Assembly (NCBI RefSeq): GCF_018350175.1
Contig: NC_058373.1
Coordinates: 100,380,001-100,444,000, forward strand
Direction of reading: 5' to 3'
Origin: Felis catus
Taxonomy: Eukaryota
DNA: 64,000 bases
Shown here: piece by piece, positions 1 through 13,796 of the stretch
Layout of the letters: every line of letters begins with the position of its first letter
Numbering within the stretch: the first letter of the stretch is position 1
Made by a program: the position numbers and the translations under genes
The notes under the pieces: generated by a model
Told to the model about the DNA's origin: nothing
The model's input: the letters and a program-made list of their open reading frames with translations, nothing else
Database searches by the model: none

Positions 1-241
1 AGTCGGTTAAGCGTCCGACTTCAGCCAGGTCACGATCTCACGGTCCGTGAGTTCGAGCCCCGCGTCAGGCTCTGGGCTGATGGCTCGGAGCCTGGAGCCT
101 GTTTCCGATTCTGCGTCTCCCTCTCTCTCTGCCCCTCCCCCGTTCATGCTCTGTCTCTCTCTGTCCCCAAAATAAATAAAAACGTTGAAAAAAAATTTTT
201 AATAAAAATAAAAAAATAAAATAAAATAAAATAAAAAAAAG
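1..241 (+). mobile_element. Young felid Can-SINE (SINEC_Fc-like), 5' end cut by window edge
   Basis: tRNA-like head with B box GAGTTCGAGCCC, CT-rich region, long A tail, many intact CpGs. Confidence 0.92.
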
Positions 242-950
242 AAAGACTAAACTGGTGAATTTTGAAATCTGAATCACATGTAAAAGTGGGCCAGGTGAAG
301 AGCTTAACTAATTAAAGTTTATACTTAACTAAAATATACCTGGAGGACTAGGAGATATTTTGTCTTGAGACTTTCTTGTTACACATCTGTATTGAGCTGG
401 TGCATTAATTCTCACTCCTCTCCAAAATCATACAAAAAAAAAAAAAATTTATATATATATATATACACACACACATATATACATACATACATATAAAACA
501 TGTACTTATAAGGACAAAAAGAATGGGAGAAAACAGCACATAAAAAAGTCAGAAAAACTTGGGGAGACATAAGCCAGATTGGGAGAGTAGTCAATGATGT
601 AAGAAAGTGGAGAAAAATAAAATTAAGGGGTTTGCAAAAGGAGATACCAATGGGAAATACGCTGACTCACAGTACCAAACATCAAGCACTGAAAACAGAC
701 ATGAAAAATGAATCCGGTCCCATAATGGATTAAACTTACCTCCTAGATACATGCCCTTTAGGATTTCTTAGAAGAGAATCTAAACAGCCCTAGGGAAAAA
801 TCTTTTAGATAGTGACATTTGATAAAGCTTACTCGGTAGCTAAATATCCTACAGAGGGGTGACAAGCTAAACCTATTGGTATTTGTAGTGCCCCATTATT
901 AAGTATATGAACGGACAATCAATGATTGATAGACATGTGATAAAGGAGTC

Positions 951-1573
951 TGTGGAGGGTTACAATTCTAGAGATAACTCCTTAAAATTTCTGTCCCTGG
1001 TTATACACAATCATACACTAATCTAGAGACTGCTGAGAAGAGACTGCAAATGGAATGAAGACTACTAATCATCTGATTTAAGGGAGATTATCCGGATTCT
1101 TTCTGTGGGTCCAATGTAATCATACAAGGTCAGCCAAACAGAAGAGGAAGGCAGTAGAGTGAAGCACAGGAAAGAGGAGCCAGAAGGGAGGGCCAGACAG
1201 ATGTGAAGAGTAAGGACTAGACTTGTTATTGCTGGCTCTGAAAATGGAGGAAGGAAGCCACCTGTTAAGGAATCTGGGAGGACTCTAGAAGCTGAGAATG
1301 ACCTCTCACAGACAACAACTAGGGGAAACCCTGGTCTCTACAGTCACATGGAACCAAATTCCACCATGAAGAATTCTTTCTCAGAGACTTCAGGAAGGAA
1401 CACGGCCCTGCTAACACCTTACTTTCAGCTTTATAAGACTAACTAGAAGAGCCAGCTGAGCCACACTGTGCCCACTCTTAACCTATGGGAACCATGAGCT
1501 AATAAATTTGTGTTGTTTTAAGCTGCTAAGGTTATGGTAAAATTTGTTATGGCAGCAATGGAATGAACTCACA
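951..1573 (+). mobile_element. MaLR solo LTR (MLT1-type, probably MLT1E-like)
   Basis: TG...CA ends; 3' motif AATAAATTTGTGTTGTTTTAAGCTGCTAAG...TTGTTATGGCAGCAAT typical of MLT1. Confidence 0.8.
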
Positions 1574-1751
1574 GAGCTTCTAACATGAAAAAGACCTAAT
1601 GAAAAGAAAAACTTGTGAAACCAGAGATAATGCAGAAAATAGAAGAACAAAACAAAACCTTCTTAAATACAGTTCTTAGTAAGACAATGACATCTATGAC
1701 AGATGAATAGGATGTTATAAAGAACAGCTAAAGATTAAGAAAGATCTTAGG

Positions 1752-4461
1752 AGATGCAGTGAAAGCAGTTCAAAGAGGGAAATATATACTAATATATACC
1801 TCAAGAAATAAAAAAAGTCAAACAATCTAATCTTACACATAAAGGAACTAGAAAAAGAAGAACAAAGCACAAGGTGAGTAGAAGGAAGGAAATAAAAATG
1901 ACAGCAGATATAAATGACATAGAGCCTAAAACAAAAGAAAACAAAGCAAAAATCAATGAAACAAAGAGGTGGTTCTCTGAAAAGATAAACAAAATTGATA
2001 AACCCTTAGACAGACGCATCAAGAAAAAGAGAGAAAGGACCCAAATAAAAGCAGAAATAAAACAGGAGAGGTAACAACCAATACAGTAGAAATGCAAAGA
2101 ATTATGAGAGAATACTAAAATTATAGGCCAACAAACAACTTAGAAGAAATAGATAATTCCCAGGAAAATACTATCTTCTAAAACTGAATCAGGAAGAAAC
2201 AGAAAATCTGAACAGACTACCTGTAACAAAAAATAAAACCTACCAAAAACCTACCAAAAAATAAAAGTCAGGACCAGATGGATTCGTGAATGAATTCTAT
2301 GAAATATTTAAAAAAGAGTTAATACCTATTCTACTCAGAGTATTCCAAAAATAGAAAGAGAGAAAGGTTCCAAATATATTCTATGAAGCCACATTACACA
2401 GATACCAAAAACAAAGACACCACAAAAAAAAAGAAAACTACAGACCACTATCACTGATGAACAGATGCAAAACTCTTCAACAAAAACTACTTTCAACAAT
2501 ACATTAAAAGGATCATTCCCCATGATCAAGTGGGATTTATTATGGGGATGCAAGGATGGTTCAATATTCACAAATCAATCAACATGATACACCACATCAA
2601 CAAAGCAAAGGATAAAAATCATATAATCATCTCAACTGCTGTGGAAAAAGCATTTGGCAAAATTCAACATCCATTCATGATACAACTCTCAACAAAGTGA
2701 GTGTAGAGAGAACATACCTCAACATAATAAAGGCCATCTATGAAAAACCTATAACTAATATTATACTCAGTGGCAAAAAACTGAGAGCTTTTCTTCTAAG
2801 ATCGGGAACAAGACAAGGATGTCTACTCTCGCCACTTTTATTCAACAGAGTACTAGAAGTTCTAGAAACAGCAATCAAAAATAAGAGGCATCCATACTGG
2901 GTACAGAAGAGATTAAACTGTCACTATTTGCAGATGGCATGATACTATACACAGAAAATCATAATGACTTTGACACATAACTACTAGAGGTAATCAGTAA
3001 AACTGTAGGATACAAAATCAATACCCAGAAATCAGTAGTGTTTCTATATATATTTCAATAATGAAGTAACAGAAAGAGAAATTAAGAAAACAACTCTACC
3101 TAATAATTGCACCAAAAAGAATAAAATACCTAGGAATAAACTTAACCAAAGAGGTGAAAGACCTATACTCTGAAAACTATACAGTACTGATGAAAGAAAC
3201 TGAAGATGACACAAACAAAAGGGAAGATACTCCATGCTCACAGACTGGAAGAATTAATATTGCTAAAATGTCCATACTACCCAAAAAAATCTAAAGAGTC
3301 AATGTAACCTCTGTCAAAATGCCAACATCATTTTCACAAAAACAGAACAAATAGTACTAAAATTTGTATGTAACCACAGAAGACCCTAAATGGCCAAAAC
3401 AATCTTGAGAAAGAAAAAGCTGAAGGTATCACAATTCCAGATTTCAAGATACACTACAAAGCTGTAGTAATCAACACACTATGGTACTGGCATAAAAACA
3501 GATGCACTGATCAATGGAATAGAGAACCCAGAAATAAACCCATGCTCATATGGTCAATTAATCTGTGAAAAAGGAAGCAAAAAGGGGGGGGGGCAGCCTC
3601 TTCAATAAATGGTGCTGGGAAAACTGGATAGCTACATGTAAAAATAATAAAACTGGACTACTTTCTAACACAAAAATAAACTCAAAATGAATTAAAGACC
3701 TAAACGTGAGGTCTGAAACCATAAAAATCCTAGAAGACAATGCAGGCATTCTCTGACAATGACCATAGCAACGTGAAGCAAGAGAAACAAAAGCAAAAAT
3801 GAGACTACACCAAAATAAAAAGCTTTCCACAGCAAAAGAAACCATCAACAAAACAAAAAGGCAACCTACCGAAAGGGAGAAGATATTTGCAAATGACTTA
3901 TCCAATGAGGGGTTAACATCCAAAATATATAAAGAACTCATAACACCAAAAAACAATCCAATTAAAAAATGGGCAGAAAACCATTCGAATAGACCTTTTC
4001 CAAAGACATACAAATGGCCTACAGATGCATGGAAAGATGCTCAATGTCACTAATCTCCAGGGAAATGCAAATCAAAACCACAATGAGATATCACGGAACA
4101 CCTAGTCAGAATGGCTAAAATCAAAAAGACAAACAAGTGTTAGCAAGGATATGGAGAACAAGGAACCCTCATGCACTGTTGGTGGGAATGTAAATTCGTA
4201 TACTCACTATGGAAATCAGTATGGAGTTTCCTCAAAAAATAAAAAATAGAACTACCATATGATCCAATAATTCCACTACAGGGTATTTACCCAAGAAAAA
4301 TGAAAACACTAACTTGAGAAGATATATACACCCCTATGTTTATCTGCAGCATTACTTACAATAGCCAAGATATGGAAGCAACCTACATCCACTGATAGAT
4401 AAACAGATAAGGAATATGTGGAGTGTGTATGCATATATATTACACATTATATATCTGTGCG

Positions 4462-4512
<51 letters not shown>

Positions 4513-4851
4513 TATTATGCAGCCATAAAAAGGGTGAGATCATCCATTTGCAACAACATTATGCTAAGTGAAATAGGTCTGAGAAAGTACAAATACCATA
4601 TGATTTCACACATATGTGGAATCTAAAAAAACCAAATCAATAAACAAACAAAAATCAGAATCAGACCTAATAAATACAGAGAACAAACTGATGGTCGCCA
4701 GAGGGCAGGGGGTTGGGAGGGATGGGTAAAATATGTGAACAGTAGCGGGGGATACAATAGCATCATGTATAAACGTGTTGAATCACTATGTTGTACACCT
4801 GAAATTAACATTGTGTCAACTATACTCAAAAACTATAAAAAAAAAAAAAAA
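1752..4851 (+). mobile_element. 5'-truncated carnivore L1 (decayed ORF2 + 3' UTR + poly-A)
   Basis: ORF2 remnants (KINKIDKPL; GTRQGCLLSPLLFN; REKIFAND), poly-A at ~4837-4851, TSD AAAGATCTTRGG at 1740-1751 and 4852-4863. Confidence 0.93.
4456..4509. repeat. (GC)6(AC)19 compound microsatellite
   Basis: Read directly: 54 bp of alternating purine-pyrimidine inside the L1. Confidence 0.95.
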
Positions 4852-5933
4852 AAAGATCTTGGGTATTAACAGTGGGAGAGGGAGTCCTTTTTGTTTTAAT
4901 TCTTTTTTTCTTTTTGAGGTTTAACTTACGTAAAATCCACAAATCTCAAGTGTATTCATGAATACCTGAGTAACAAACATCCAGATAAAATAGAAAACAT
5001 TGGAAATTTTAATTTGATAGTCACAATAAAAAATCCAATAGAAGACATGTTAAGTCAGGTAAAAGAATCAATCCAACAACAATGCCTAATCAATTACTAG
5101 TAACAGAGAGAACAGAGAAAATAAAGAAGAAGAATTAGGGCATATTACCATGAAATTTCAACATGGCAGAGAAAAGAAAAGATCCTGAAATTAGTTTCCA
5201 GAAGGGGAAAAACAGTTTACAAAAGGATGAAAATAAAAATTAAGAACACCATGAGGACTATTACTAGCAACACTGAAAGCCAACACACAACTTAATAACA
5301 CTTCCCAATTTTGAGGAAAAATAATTTTCAAACCAACAATTCTATCAAAGGACAAAATAATGTTAACATCTCAAAAATTTACATCCTATTCACTTTTTTC
5401 TTACTATGCAGATGATACAGTCCACCAAAATAAGTGAACAAATCAATACTGGGGAAAATGCAAGGATTAAATATGAGAGAGGAGAAGACATTGTGCCTGG
5501 ACGATGGTAAAGGGAAGTCCTGGAGCCATGACTACATACTGGAGACTAGAAAACATCCACTTCAGATTGGAGCAGGAGTACTGAGCGGCTTCAGAGTTTG
5601 TCTAGGGAAAAAAAAGGGGGGTGGGGGAGGGAGGAAGGAAGGAGTAGATGATATCATAGAGAATGTAGAATACAGAAGAATCAGCAACTGATACAGGTTG
5701 AAAACTAAGCAAATGATAAACAAGAAGGCATATGAGAGGATAAAGTACACACTTTGGTTCACCAAGTAAAAATATATACCTTGTTGAAATAATGTAAATA
5801 GTAATTATTTAGTCAAAAATTATAATAGTTATGATAAGGGGGAAAAGAAACATTTCAGCAAAAAGAAGTGAACAGATATCTAAAGTTGATAAAATCAAGA
5901 AATACTGGTATATTATTTAGAATTATGGAATCA

Positions 5934-6157
5934 GGGGCACCTGGGTGGCTAAGTAGGTTAAGCATCCAACTTCAGCTCAGGTTATGCTCTTGTGGTCTGT
6001 GAGTTCGAGCCCCGTGCTGGGCTGGCTATGTGCTGACAGCTCAGAGCCTGCAGCTGGATTCAGATTCTGTGTCTCCCTCTCTCTGCCCTTCCCCCACTCA
6101 CATTCTGTCTGTCTCTCAAAAATAAATAAACATTTAAAAAATAAAAAAATAAAAAAA
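5934..6157 (+). mobile_element. Can-SINE
   Basis: GGGGCACCTGGGTGGCT head, A tail, TSD AGAATTATGGAAYCA. Confidence 0.92.
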
Positions 6158-6265
6158 AGAATTATGGAACCAAAAGTCAGAAACAATAAAAGAGTAGAAA
6201 GTGGCACTAATGTGAATAGGAGCTGGGGAGAAAGAGGGCAGAAAAGTGATTTTATAAGCCATTTT

Positions 6266-6429
6266 TTCTTTTTCACGTTTTAAAATTAGTGTTAGTTAAC
6301 ATAAAGTGTAGTATTAGTTTCAGGAACAGAATTTAGTGATTCATCAGTTACATACATACCTGGTACTCGTCACAAGTGCCCTCCTTAATATCCATCACCT
6401 ATTTAACCCATTTCCCCCCTCCCCAACCC
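6266..6429 (-). mobile_element. Short carnivore L1 3' end fragment
   Basis: T-rich tail then TAGTTAACATA...TATTAGTTTCAGG...ACAAGTGCCCTCCTTAAT, typical reverse carnivore L1 terminus. Confidence 0.7.
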
Positions 6430-6559
6430 TGTAAGTCCTTTTTGACTTTAACTCAATATAAAAGAGGCAGGAAAATACAACCCCTTACTAGCTATTAAAG
6501 GGGAAAAAAAGAAACTAACAGAAGCAGAAACAGTCTAATTTATGAAAATACTTTTCATT

Positions 6560-7035
6560 TGGTATCCTTTTTCTTCTATCTGAAAAACTTCCTATAACCT
6601 TTTCATGGTTCAGGTCTGCTGGTGATGTCTTTCACCTTTTGTCCACAGAAGTCTCAATTTTTGTCTTCATTTTAAAAAGATTTTGCAGTTGGGTAAAGAA
6701 TCCTAGATTTTTTCCTGCAATAATTTTCAGATGCCTTCCTATTGTCTTCTGGTTCATGTAATTTCAGAGAAGTCTGTTACTATTCTTTTATTTGTTCTTC
6801 TGTATGTTTTCTCTGTCAGCCTTTGAGGAATTTATCCTTATTCTGGTTTTTGGCAATTTAATTCTGATGTATCCTGGCATAGTTTTCTTTAGGTTTATTC
6901 TGTTCTAGGATCATTGCATTTCTTAGATCTGTGGGTTTATGGTGGGTTATGGTTTAAACCATCAGTTCTTCAAATAATTTGTGTCCCTTTCCCCAACTCC
7001 CATTCTTTGTGGGACTCTAGTTTCATGTATGTAGA
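6560..7035 (-). mobile_element. Old L1M fragment
   Basis: T-rich sequence resembling the reverse strand of an L1M 5'/ORF1 region. Confidence 0.5.
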
Positions 7036-7769
7036 CCGATTAATCATTCTATGAGGCCAGCATTACTATAATACCAAAAACCAAAGGCATTATAAGTAAA
7101 CTATAATAGGCTAATATCTATGCAAAAATCTTCAACAACATATTAGCAAGTAGATTCCAACAATGCATAAAAAGAATTATACATTGAGACCCAGTGGGAT
7201 TTATGCCAACCATACAAGGGTGGTTCAACATCCAAAAATCAACATAATTCATCTCATCAAAAGACTAAATTTAAAAAAAAAAAAATCACATGATTATACC
7301 AAAAGATGTAAAAAAAAAAAAAAAAAAAAGGACAAGGTCTAATACCCATTCATGATTAAAATCTCAGTAAATGAGCATAGAGGCACATTACTCAACCTGA
7401 TAAAGAATACCTACAAAAACCTTTTAGCTAAGGACACACTTAATGGTGATAAAGTTGGAAGTTTTCCCACTAAGATCAAGAGCAAGGCAATGATATCTCT
7501 CTTACCACCGCCTTTCAATATCTTACTTGAAGTACTAGCTAATGCAATAAGAACAGCGAATAAAAGGTATACAGACTGGGACGGAGAAGACTGTCTTTAT
7601 TCACAGGTATGATCATCATCCCTATAGAAAATCTGAATGCATCAACAAAAACTCCTCAAATAATTATAGCAAGGTTGCAGGACACATAGTAAAGGTACAA
7701 TAGTAAACTGCCTTCCTATATACCAGCAATGAACAAGTGGAATTTGAAATATAAAACATGATACTATTT

Positions 7770-8004
7770 TCTTAAGTATTTTTTAAAAATTTTTAAATAT
7801 TTACTCATTGTTGAGACAGAGACAGAGAGACAGAGAGCATGCAGCAGAGGGGCAGAGAGAGAGAGGGAGACACAGAAACCAAAGCAGGCTCCAGGCTCTG
7901 AGCTGTCAGCACGGAACCCAATGTGAGGCCTGAACTCATGAACCGTGAGATCATGACCTGAGCCAAAGTCAGATGCTCAACCAACTGAGCCACCTAGGTG
8001 CCCC
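7770..8004 (-). mobile_element. Can-SINE inserted in L1
   Basis: TSD TAAAACATGATACTATTT at 7752-7769 and 8005-8022. Confidence 0.92.
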
Positions 8005-8926
8005 TAAAACATGATACTATTTACATTAACATACACAAAAAGAAGTACTTGTGTATAAATCAAACAAAATATGTATAAGATCTAAATGAGGAAAACTACA
8101 AAACTGTGATGAAAGAAATCAATAAATAAATAAATGGAGAGATGTTCCATTTTCATGGATATGAACATGCAATATTGTTAAGATGTCAGCTCTTCTCAAC
8201 TTGATCTACAGATTCAATGCAATCAAAATCCCAGGAAGTTATTTTATGAATACCAACAAACTAATTCTAAGGTTTATGTGGAAAGGCGAAAGACCCAGAA
8301 TAGTCAACACCATATCAAGAGAGAAGAACAAAGTTGGAAGACTGATGCTACATGACCTGGAGACACACTATAAAAGTAACATAATCAAGATAGGGTGCTA
8401 CTGGAAAAAAAAAAAAAAAAGCGAATAGATCAGTGGAACAGAAATATAGTGCCCAGAAATAGACCTATATAAATACAATCAACTGCTCTTTGACAAAAGA
8501 GCAAAGGCAATACAATGGAGGAAAGATAATTTTTCAATATATGATGCTAGAACAATTGGACATCCATGAGCAAAAAATAATTTAGACCCAGACCTTACAC
8601 CCTTCACAAAAATTAACTCAAAATGGATCACAGTCCTAAGTGTACAATGAAAAACTATAAAACCCCTAAGTAACATAGAAAAAAATCTAGATGATCTTTG
8701 GTTTACTGATGACTTTTTAGATATGATGACAAAGGCATGATCCATGAAAGAAATAACTGATAAGCTAGACTTCATTAAAATTAAAATTTTCTGTTCTCTG
8801 AAAGAAACTGTCAGAGAATGGAAAGACAAACCAGACAGTGGAATATCTAATAAAGTACTGTTATCCAAAATACACCAACTCTTAAAATTCAACAAGAAAA
8901 CAACCTGATTAAAAAATAGGCCAAAG

Positions 8927-9138
8927 GGGGCGCCTGGGTGGCTCAGTTGGTTGAGTGTCCAGCTTTGGCTCAGGTCATGATCTCTCAGTTCATGAGTTGG
9001 AGCCCCATGTTGTTGGGCTCTGTGCTGACAGCTCAGAGCCTTTAGCCTGCTTCGGATTCTGTGTCTCCTTCTCTCTCTCTCTGTCCCTCCCCTGCTCATG
9101 CTCTGTCTCTCCCTCAAAAAAAAAAAAAAAAAAAAAAA
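8927..9138 (+). mobile_element. Can-SINE inserted in L1
   Basis: GGGGCGCCTGGGTGG head, pure A tail, TSD ending AGGCCAAAG. Confidence 0.92.
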
Positions 9139-10130
9139 GGCCAAAGACCTTAACAGACACCTCACCAAAGAAGATGTACATATGGCAAATGAGCGTATGA
9201 AAAGATGCTCCACATCTTATGTCATCAGGGAAATAAAAATTAAAACAATAAAATGTCACTGCACATTTATCAAAATGGCCACAATCCAGAACACTGATAC
9301 CACCAAATGCTGGTAAGGATTCAGAACAATAAGAACTCTTACTCATTGCTGGCACAAATGCAAAATGGTACAGCTACTCTGGAAGACAGTTTGGTGGCTT
9401 CTTAAACAACTAAACCTATTTTTACCATGTGATCCAACAATCACACTTCTTAGGGTTTACCCAAAGGAGTTGAAAACATAGGTCCATACAAAAGCCTCCA
9501 CACAAATGTTTACAGCAGCTTTACTTACTAACTACAAAACTTGGAAAATATCTAAGATACTCTTCAGTAGATAAGTGGAGAAATAAAGTGTGGTACATCC
9601 AGATAATGGGATATTACTCACTGCTAAAGAGAAATAAGCTATCAAGCCATGAAAAGATACGGAGGAAACTTAAATGCATATTACTATACAAAGGAAGCAA
9701 TCTGAAGAGACTACATAGTGAATGACTCCAATTGTAGGATATTCTAGAAAAGGCAAAACTATGAAATAACTGTAAAGAGATTGGTGGCTGCTAGGGGTTG
9801 GGAGAGAGAGAAGGATGAATAGACAGAGCACAGAGGATTTTTAGGGCAGTGAAACTGCTCTGCATGATACTATGATAGACAAATGGCATTATGCATTTGT
9901 CCAAACCCACAGACTGTATAATACCAAGAGTGAATCCTAGTGTAAGCCCTGAACTCTAGATGATAATGATGTGTCCAGTGTAGGCTTATCAACCGTGCCA
10001 CTCTGGTGTGGGATGTTGACAGCGGGAGGTTGTACATGTGTGGGGACACAGGGTAAATGGGAACCTTCTGTACTTTCTGTTCAATTTTGCTATGAACCTA
10101 AAACTGCTCTAAAAACTAAAGGTTTTTCCC

Positions 10131-10320
10131 TTTTTTAAAAAATTTTTATTTTAGAGAGAGAGCACGCAAGCGAGGGGCAGAGGAGGAGAGAAAGAATACT
10201 AAGCAGGCTCTACACTCAACACAGAGCCCCCTACATGGGGCTTGATCGCACAACCCCAGGATCATGACCTGAGCATGTCAAGAGTCGGATACTCAACGGA
10301 CTGAGCCACCCAGGTTCCCC
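10131..10320 (-). mobile_element. Can-SINE (older)
   Basis: Reverse head CTGAGCCACCCAGGTTCCCC, GA-rich body. Confidence 0.85.
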
Positions 10321-10518
10321 TCCTCTAGTTTTTTAAAACACAAGAACTTTAGATGGCTAATACAGATACGAAAACATACTTAGCTTTATAAATTAAAATG
10401 AAATACTGTTATTTTTTCACTCAAAGAACCAAACACTAAAACCCAACAATATTCAAGTGTTAGTGACATTTTGGGACAATGGATTTTCATATGTTGATGG
10501 TTGGAATGTAAATTGGTA

Positions 10519-10935
10519 CAGCAGTCTGCCCCCTTATTCATGATTTTATTTTCCACGGTTTCAGTTAACTGTGGTCTGAAGCAGATGATCCTTCTTCTGG
10601 CATATCATCAGAAGGTCAGTAGTAGCCTAACTCTATGTCACAATGCCTACATCATCTGCCACACTTCATCTCATCATGTAGGCATTTTCTTATCACAAGT
10701 GAAAATACAGGACAATAAGATATCTTGAGAGAGAAACCAATTCATAGGACATTTATTGCAGTATATCTTTATAACTGTTCTACTTTCTTATCTATTATTA
10801 ATCTCTTATTGTGCCTGACTTATAAATTAAACTTTATCAAAGGTATGTATGTATAGGAAAAAGCATAGTATATATAGAAGTACTACTATCTGTGGTTTCA
10901 TTCTTCTACCAGGGCACAAAATTGGGGGACTACTG
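10519..10935 (+). mobile_element. MER44/Tigger7-type non-autonomous DNA transposon
   Basis: Ends TA|CAGCAGTCTGCCCCCTTAT ... GGGGGACTACTG|TA: terminal inverted repeats plus TA TSD. Confidence 0.8.
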
Positions 10936-12030
10936 TATAACCAACCACTTGAGAAACTCGTGCATACAAATACAAAACTGCAACAAAACTGCAACAAAAC
11001 AAAACAAAACAAAAACACCCACAGAGCAATGGCAGTAACATCTTGTTTATGGATATATATACACACACAAGTATGGATAAATTCATGTGCATGTGTGTGT
11101 TAATGTATTTTTAAAAGTACTAGAGGAATACACAGTAACTTATGATACTGATAGCTTTGTGAAGGGAAATTATGAGAATGTGACTCAAGAAGTTTACCTA
11201 TCTTATTATCACTTTTTAAAAAAAAGTTGTGCAAAATGGCAAAACTTTCAGGTATTAATTCTAAGATAACAGGAATTAGGTAGTTTTTATATAATTCCTT
11301 ATACTTTTCTGTATTTTATTTTTTCCAAAAAATTCCATTAAACATAAAAAAAAAAACACTGTAATTTCAGTCATTAGATCAAAATAGTAATGTCCTAAAG
11401 CTCCCCTAAACCTATGCTACATCAGAATTATGTACCAGTGATAATGACAATAGTTCACATTTTCTCTGATCGTTGAATACTTTCTGTCATGACATAACTG
11501 GGTCAGCCAAAAATAATCCACATTTCATTTCAGAAGGCATAAAGAGAATTACTGTAAGACAGTTCAAGTTGTAGACTGCTTAAGGAAGACAATACTCATA
11601 GTCATTTCCTTAAGAGCTGTGTCAGGACCTTCAGTGAAAAGAAGTGACACAATCTGCCTGAATCACTAAAATCAAAAGGAGACTTACATGAAAGAAAACA
11701 ATGCAAAAGCTACACTCTGAAAATAATGCCTTTTTTCTTCTCCTTCCCAAGAAATAAATTAAGTCATCAGAATGAAGTGTTACATAATAATACATACCTG
11801 ATACACTTCTAGTAAGTCAAGAGCCTATGTTAGACTCCTCCTGATCCATCTTACCTCAACTATTTATCTTAAAGGAATACAAAACTTTAAAGAATAAAGT
11901 GAAAAATGAACACACATATACAAACATAGATAGCTCACCCCAATCCCTATTCCATGAAATAAGCTAAGGGTCAATATCAGTCATATATATGTCACACAAC
12001 TCATAATTTCAAGAAGAATTTAATACTTAC

Positions 12031-12264
12031 TAAAAGTCTTACAGATGTCAGAAACAGCTTTGAAGACTCTATCAGAGAAATTCACTTTCACCTTCACATA
12101 CTTCATGTTGGGAAGTTGTAGGCGGAGAAGTTTGTGCTGGGGGGTGAACTGAAGCTTGGCATCTGCCTGAATGCCGTACTTATCCAAGGTCCAATGTGTT
12201 TTAAGAAGCCAAGTTTTCTTCTTTTCCCACCAGAGAGCATGGTCAGACCAATCTTTTTTTACGT
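12031..12264 (-). CDS. FERMT2: FERMT2 second coding exon, 234 nt, phase 1-1
   Basis: Translates (D)[77 protein letters not shown], in frame with the upstream exon. Acceptor TTTTTTTATAG|AC; donor TTTA|GTAAGT at 12030. Absent from the ORF track. Confidence 0.98.
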
Positions 12265-13080
12265 CTATAAAAAAACAAGCAATAAATAAAACACTTAAAA
12301 AAAATCACTAAGATTACCTTAAGAGAAATTACAAGAGGAAAACTAAATTGGGTGTTTAATACAAGCAACTAATTAAATACTAAGTGTCTTTATGTGATAG
12401 GTACAAAAGAAATAATAAATAGCTGAGAAAACACCCTCTGCCTATGAAAGGCCATAAACAAGGTGGCTGAGGCCATATACAGGATAACTAATGCTTACAT
12501 CAGGTGCAATATGGGACACACAGCATGAAGGGTGACACTAGAGTCACTCAGAGAACAAGGAGAACCCTGGGGACTAGACTCGGAAAAATTAATGAGGTTG
12601 AGTTGGTAGGTTCTGAGCCCAGCTTTGAGGAATGGACACTATTCTGATAGCGCAGGTGAGAAGGCTGAGGTTTGTTTATGAGGCTGCAGATGTGTGCTGA
12701 AGTGCGTAAGGAGTACTGAAGAGTAAGATGCGGAATCAAAGTGAACAAAAACGAATATCCTAGGTGAAGAAGAGCATGTGAAACAAAACCCATGAGTAAG
12801 AGAAAACAACAACAAAACCCAAGAAACTATATCCCAACCATAAAGGCTGTCCCAAATACGTTCCAAGTAACTTACAAGTTACACTGACCCAACTCCCTCC
12901 ACCATATTTTGATACAAGCATAACAGAAAACATTAATACCTGTTAAACTATTTTACAGCCTTCTGCAATTATATTAGATGAAATCAAATTAAGGAATAAA
13001 CACAAGATCTGGCTTCCCTCAATAAAGCAGATCATAACAAAAAAACCTGCAAAATAAAACCCAACCTCAGCTAGTTTTTA

Positions 13081-13309
13081 TTTTATTTTTTTAATAAATT
13101 TTTTTTAACGTTTATTTATTTTTGAGACAGAGAGAAACAGAGCATGAACAGGGGAGGGGCAGAGAGAGAGGGAGACACAGAATATGAAGCAGGCTCCAGG
13201 CTCTGAGCTGTCAGCACAGAGCCCAACGTGGGGCTCGAACTCACGGACCGTGAGATCATGACCTGAGCCGAAGTCGGACGCTTAACTGACTGAGCCACCC
13301 AGGCACCCC
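13081..13309 (-). mobile_element. Can-SINE (SINEC_Fc-like)
   Basis: Full length, TSD TCAGCTAGTTTTTA. Confidence 0.92.
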
Positions 13310-13595
13310 TTCAGCTAGTTTTTAAATAGCAATAAAAGTAGAGACTTTTTAGATCACTTATGCATTGAAGTAGGAACTAAAAATGGGGACAGGATATTTA
13401 AAAAAAAAAAGTAGCCAAACAAAGCCTTCCAGGGGAAGAAAAAAACCTGGAAAATAACATTCTTGCAAGTAAAAACAAAAGCTATTATTATAAAAAGCTC
13501 ATTTTAATACAGATTTTAAAAAGCATTGGCCAACTTTAAAAACATGAGCTTAAAAGCATATACTAGTATGAAACTCTTTAAAAAAAAAAAAAGGC

Positions 13596-13796
13596 TTATT
13601 TATTTATTTTTAAAGAGAGAGAGAGCACAAGAGGGAAAGGGGCAGAGAGAGAGAGGGAGACAGAGAATCCCAAGCAGGCTCTGTGCTGACAGCACAGACA
13701 CGGGGCTCAAACCCACGAACGAATGCACAAACAATGAGATCATGACCTGAGTCAAAATCAAGAGTCAGACACTTAACTGGGCCACGCAGGCACCCC
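13596..13796 (-). mobile_element. Can-SINE
   Basis: Reverse head and GA-rich body. Confidence 0.88.

Larger units (their letters stand above)
7042..10120 (+). mobile_element. L1MC-like element (ORF2 remnant + 3' UTR), interrupted by two SINEs
   Basis: ORF2 remnants (FNILLEVLANAIR; LIYRFNAI); 3' UTR ending CAATTTTGCTATGAACCTAAAACTGCTCTAAAAA. Confidence 0.85.

Noticed and set aside
8479..9213. 244 aa minus-strand ORF
   Set aside because: Antisense L1 plus an embedded SINE; chance open frame.
11798..11884. Pseudo-exon just downstream of the 234 nt exon (acceptor TTCTTTAAAG; donors GAG|GTAAGA and CAG|GTATGT)
   Set aside because: AAG acceptor is weak and the frame has a stop; no independent support, so treated as background.
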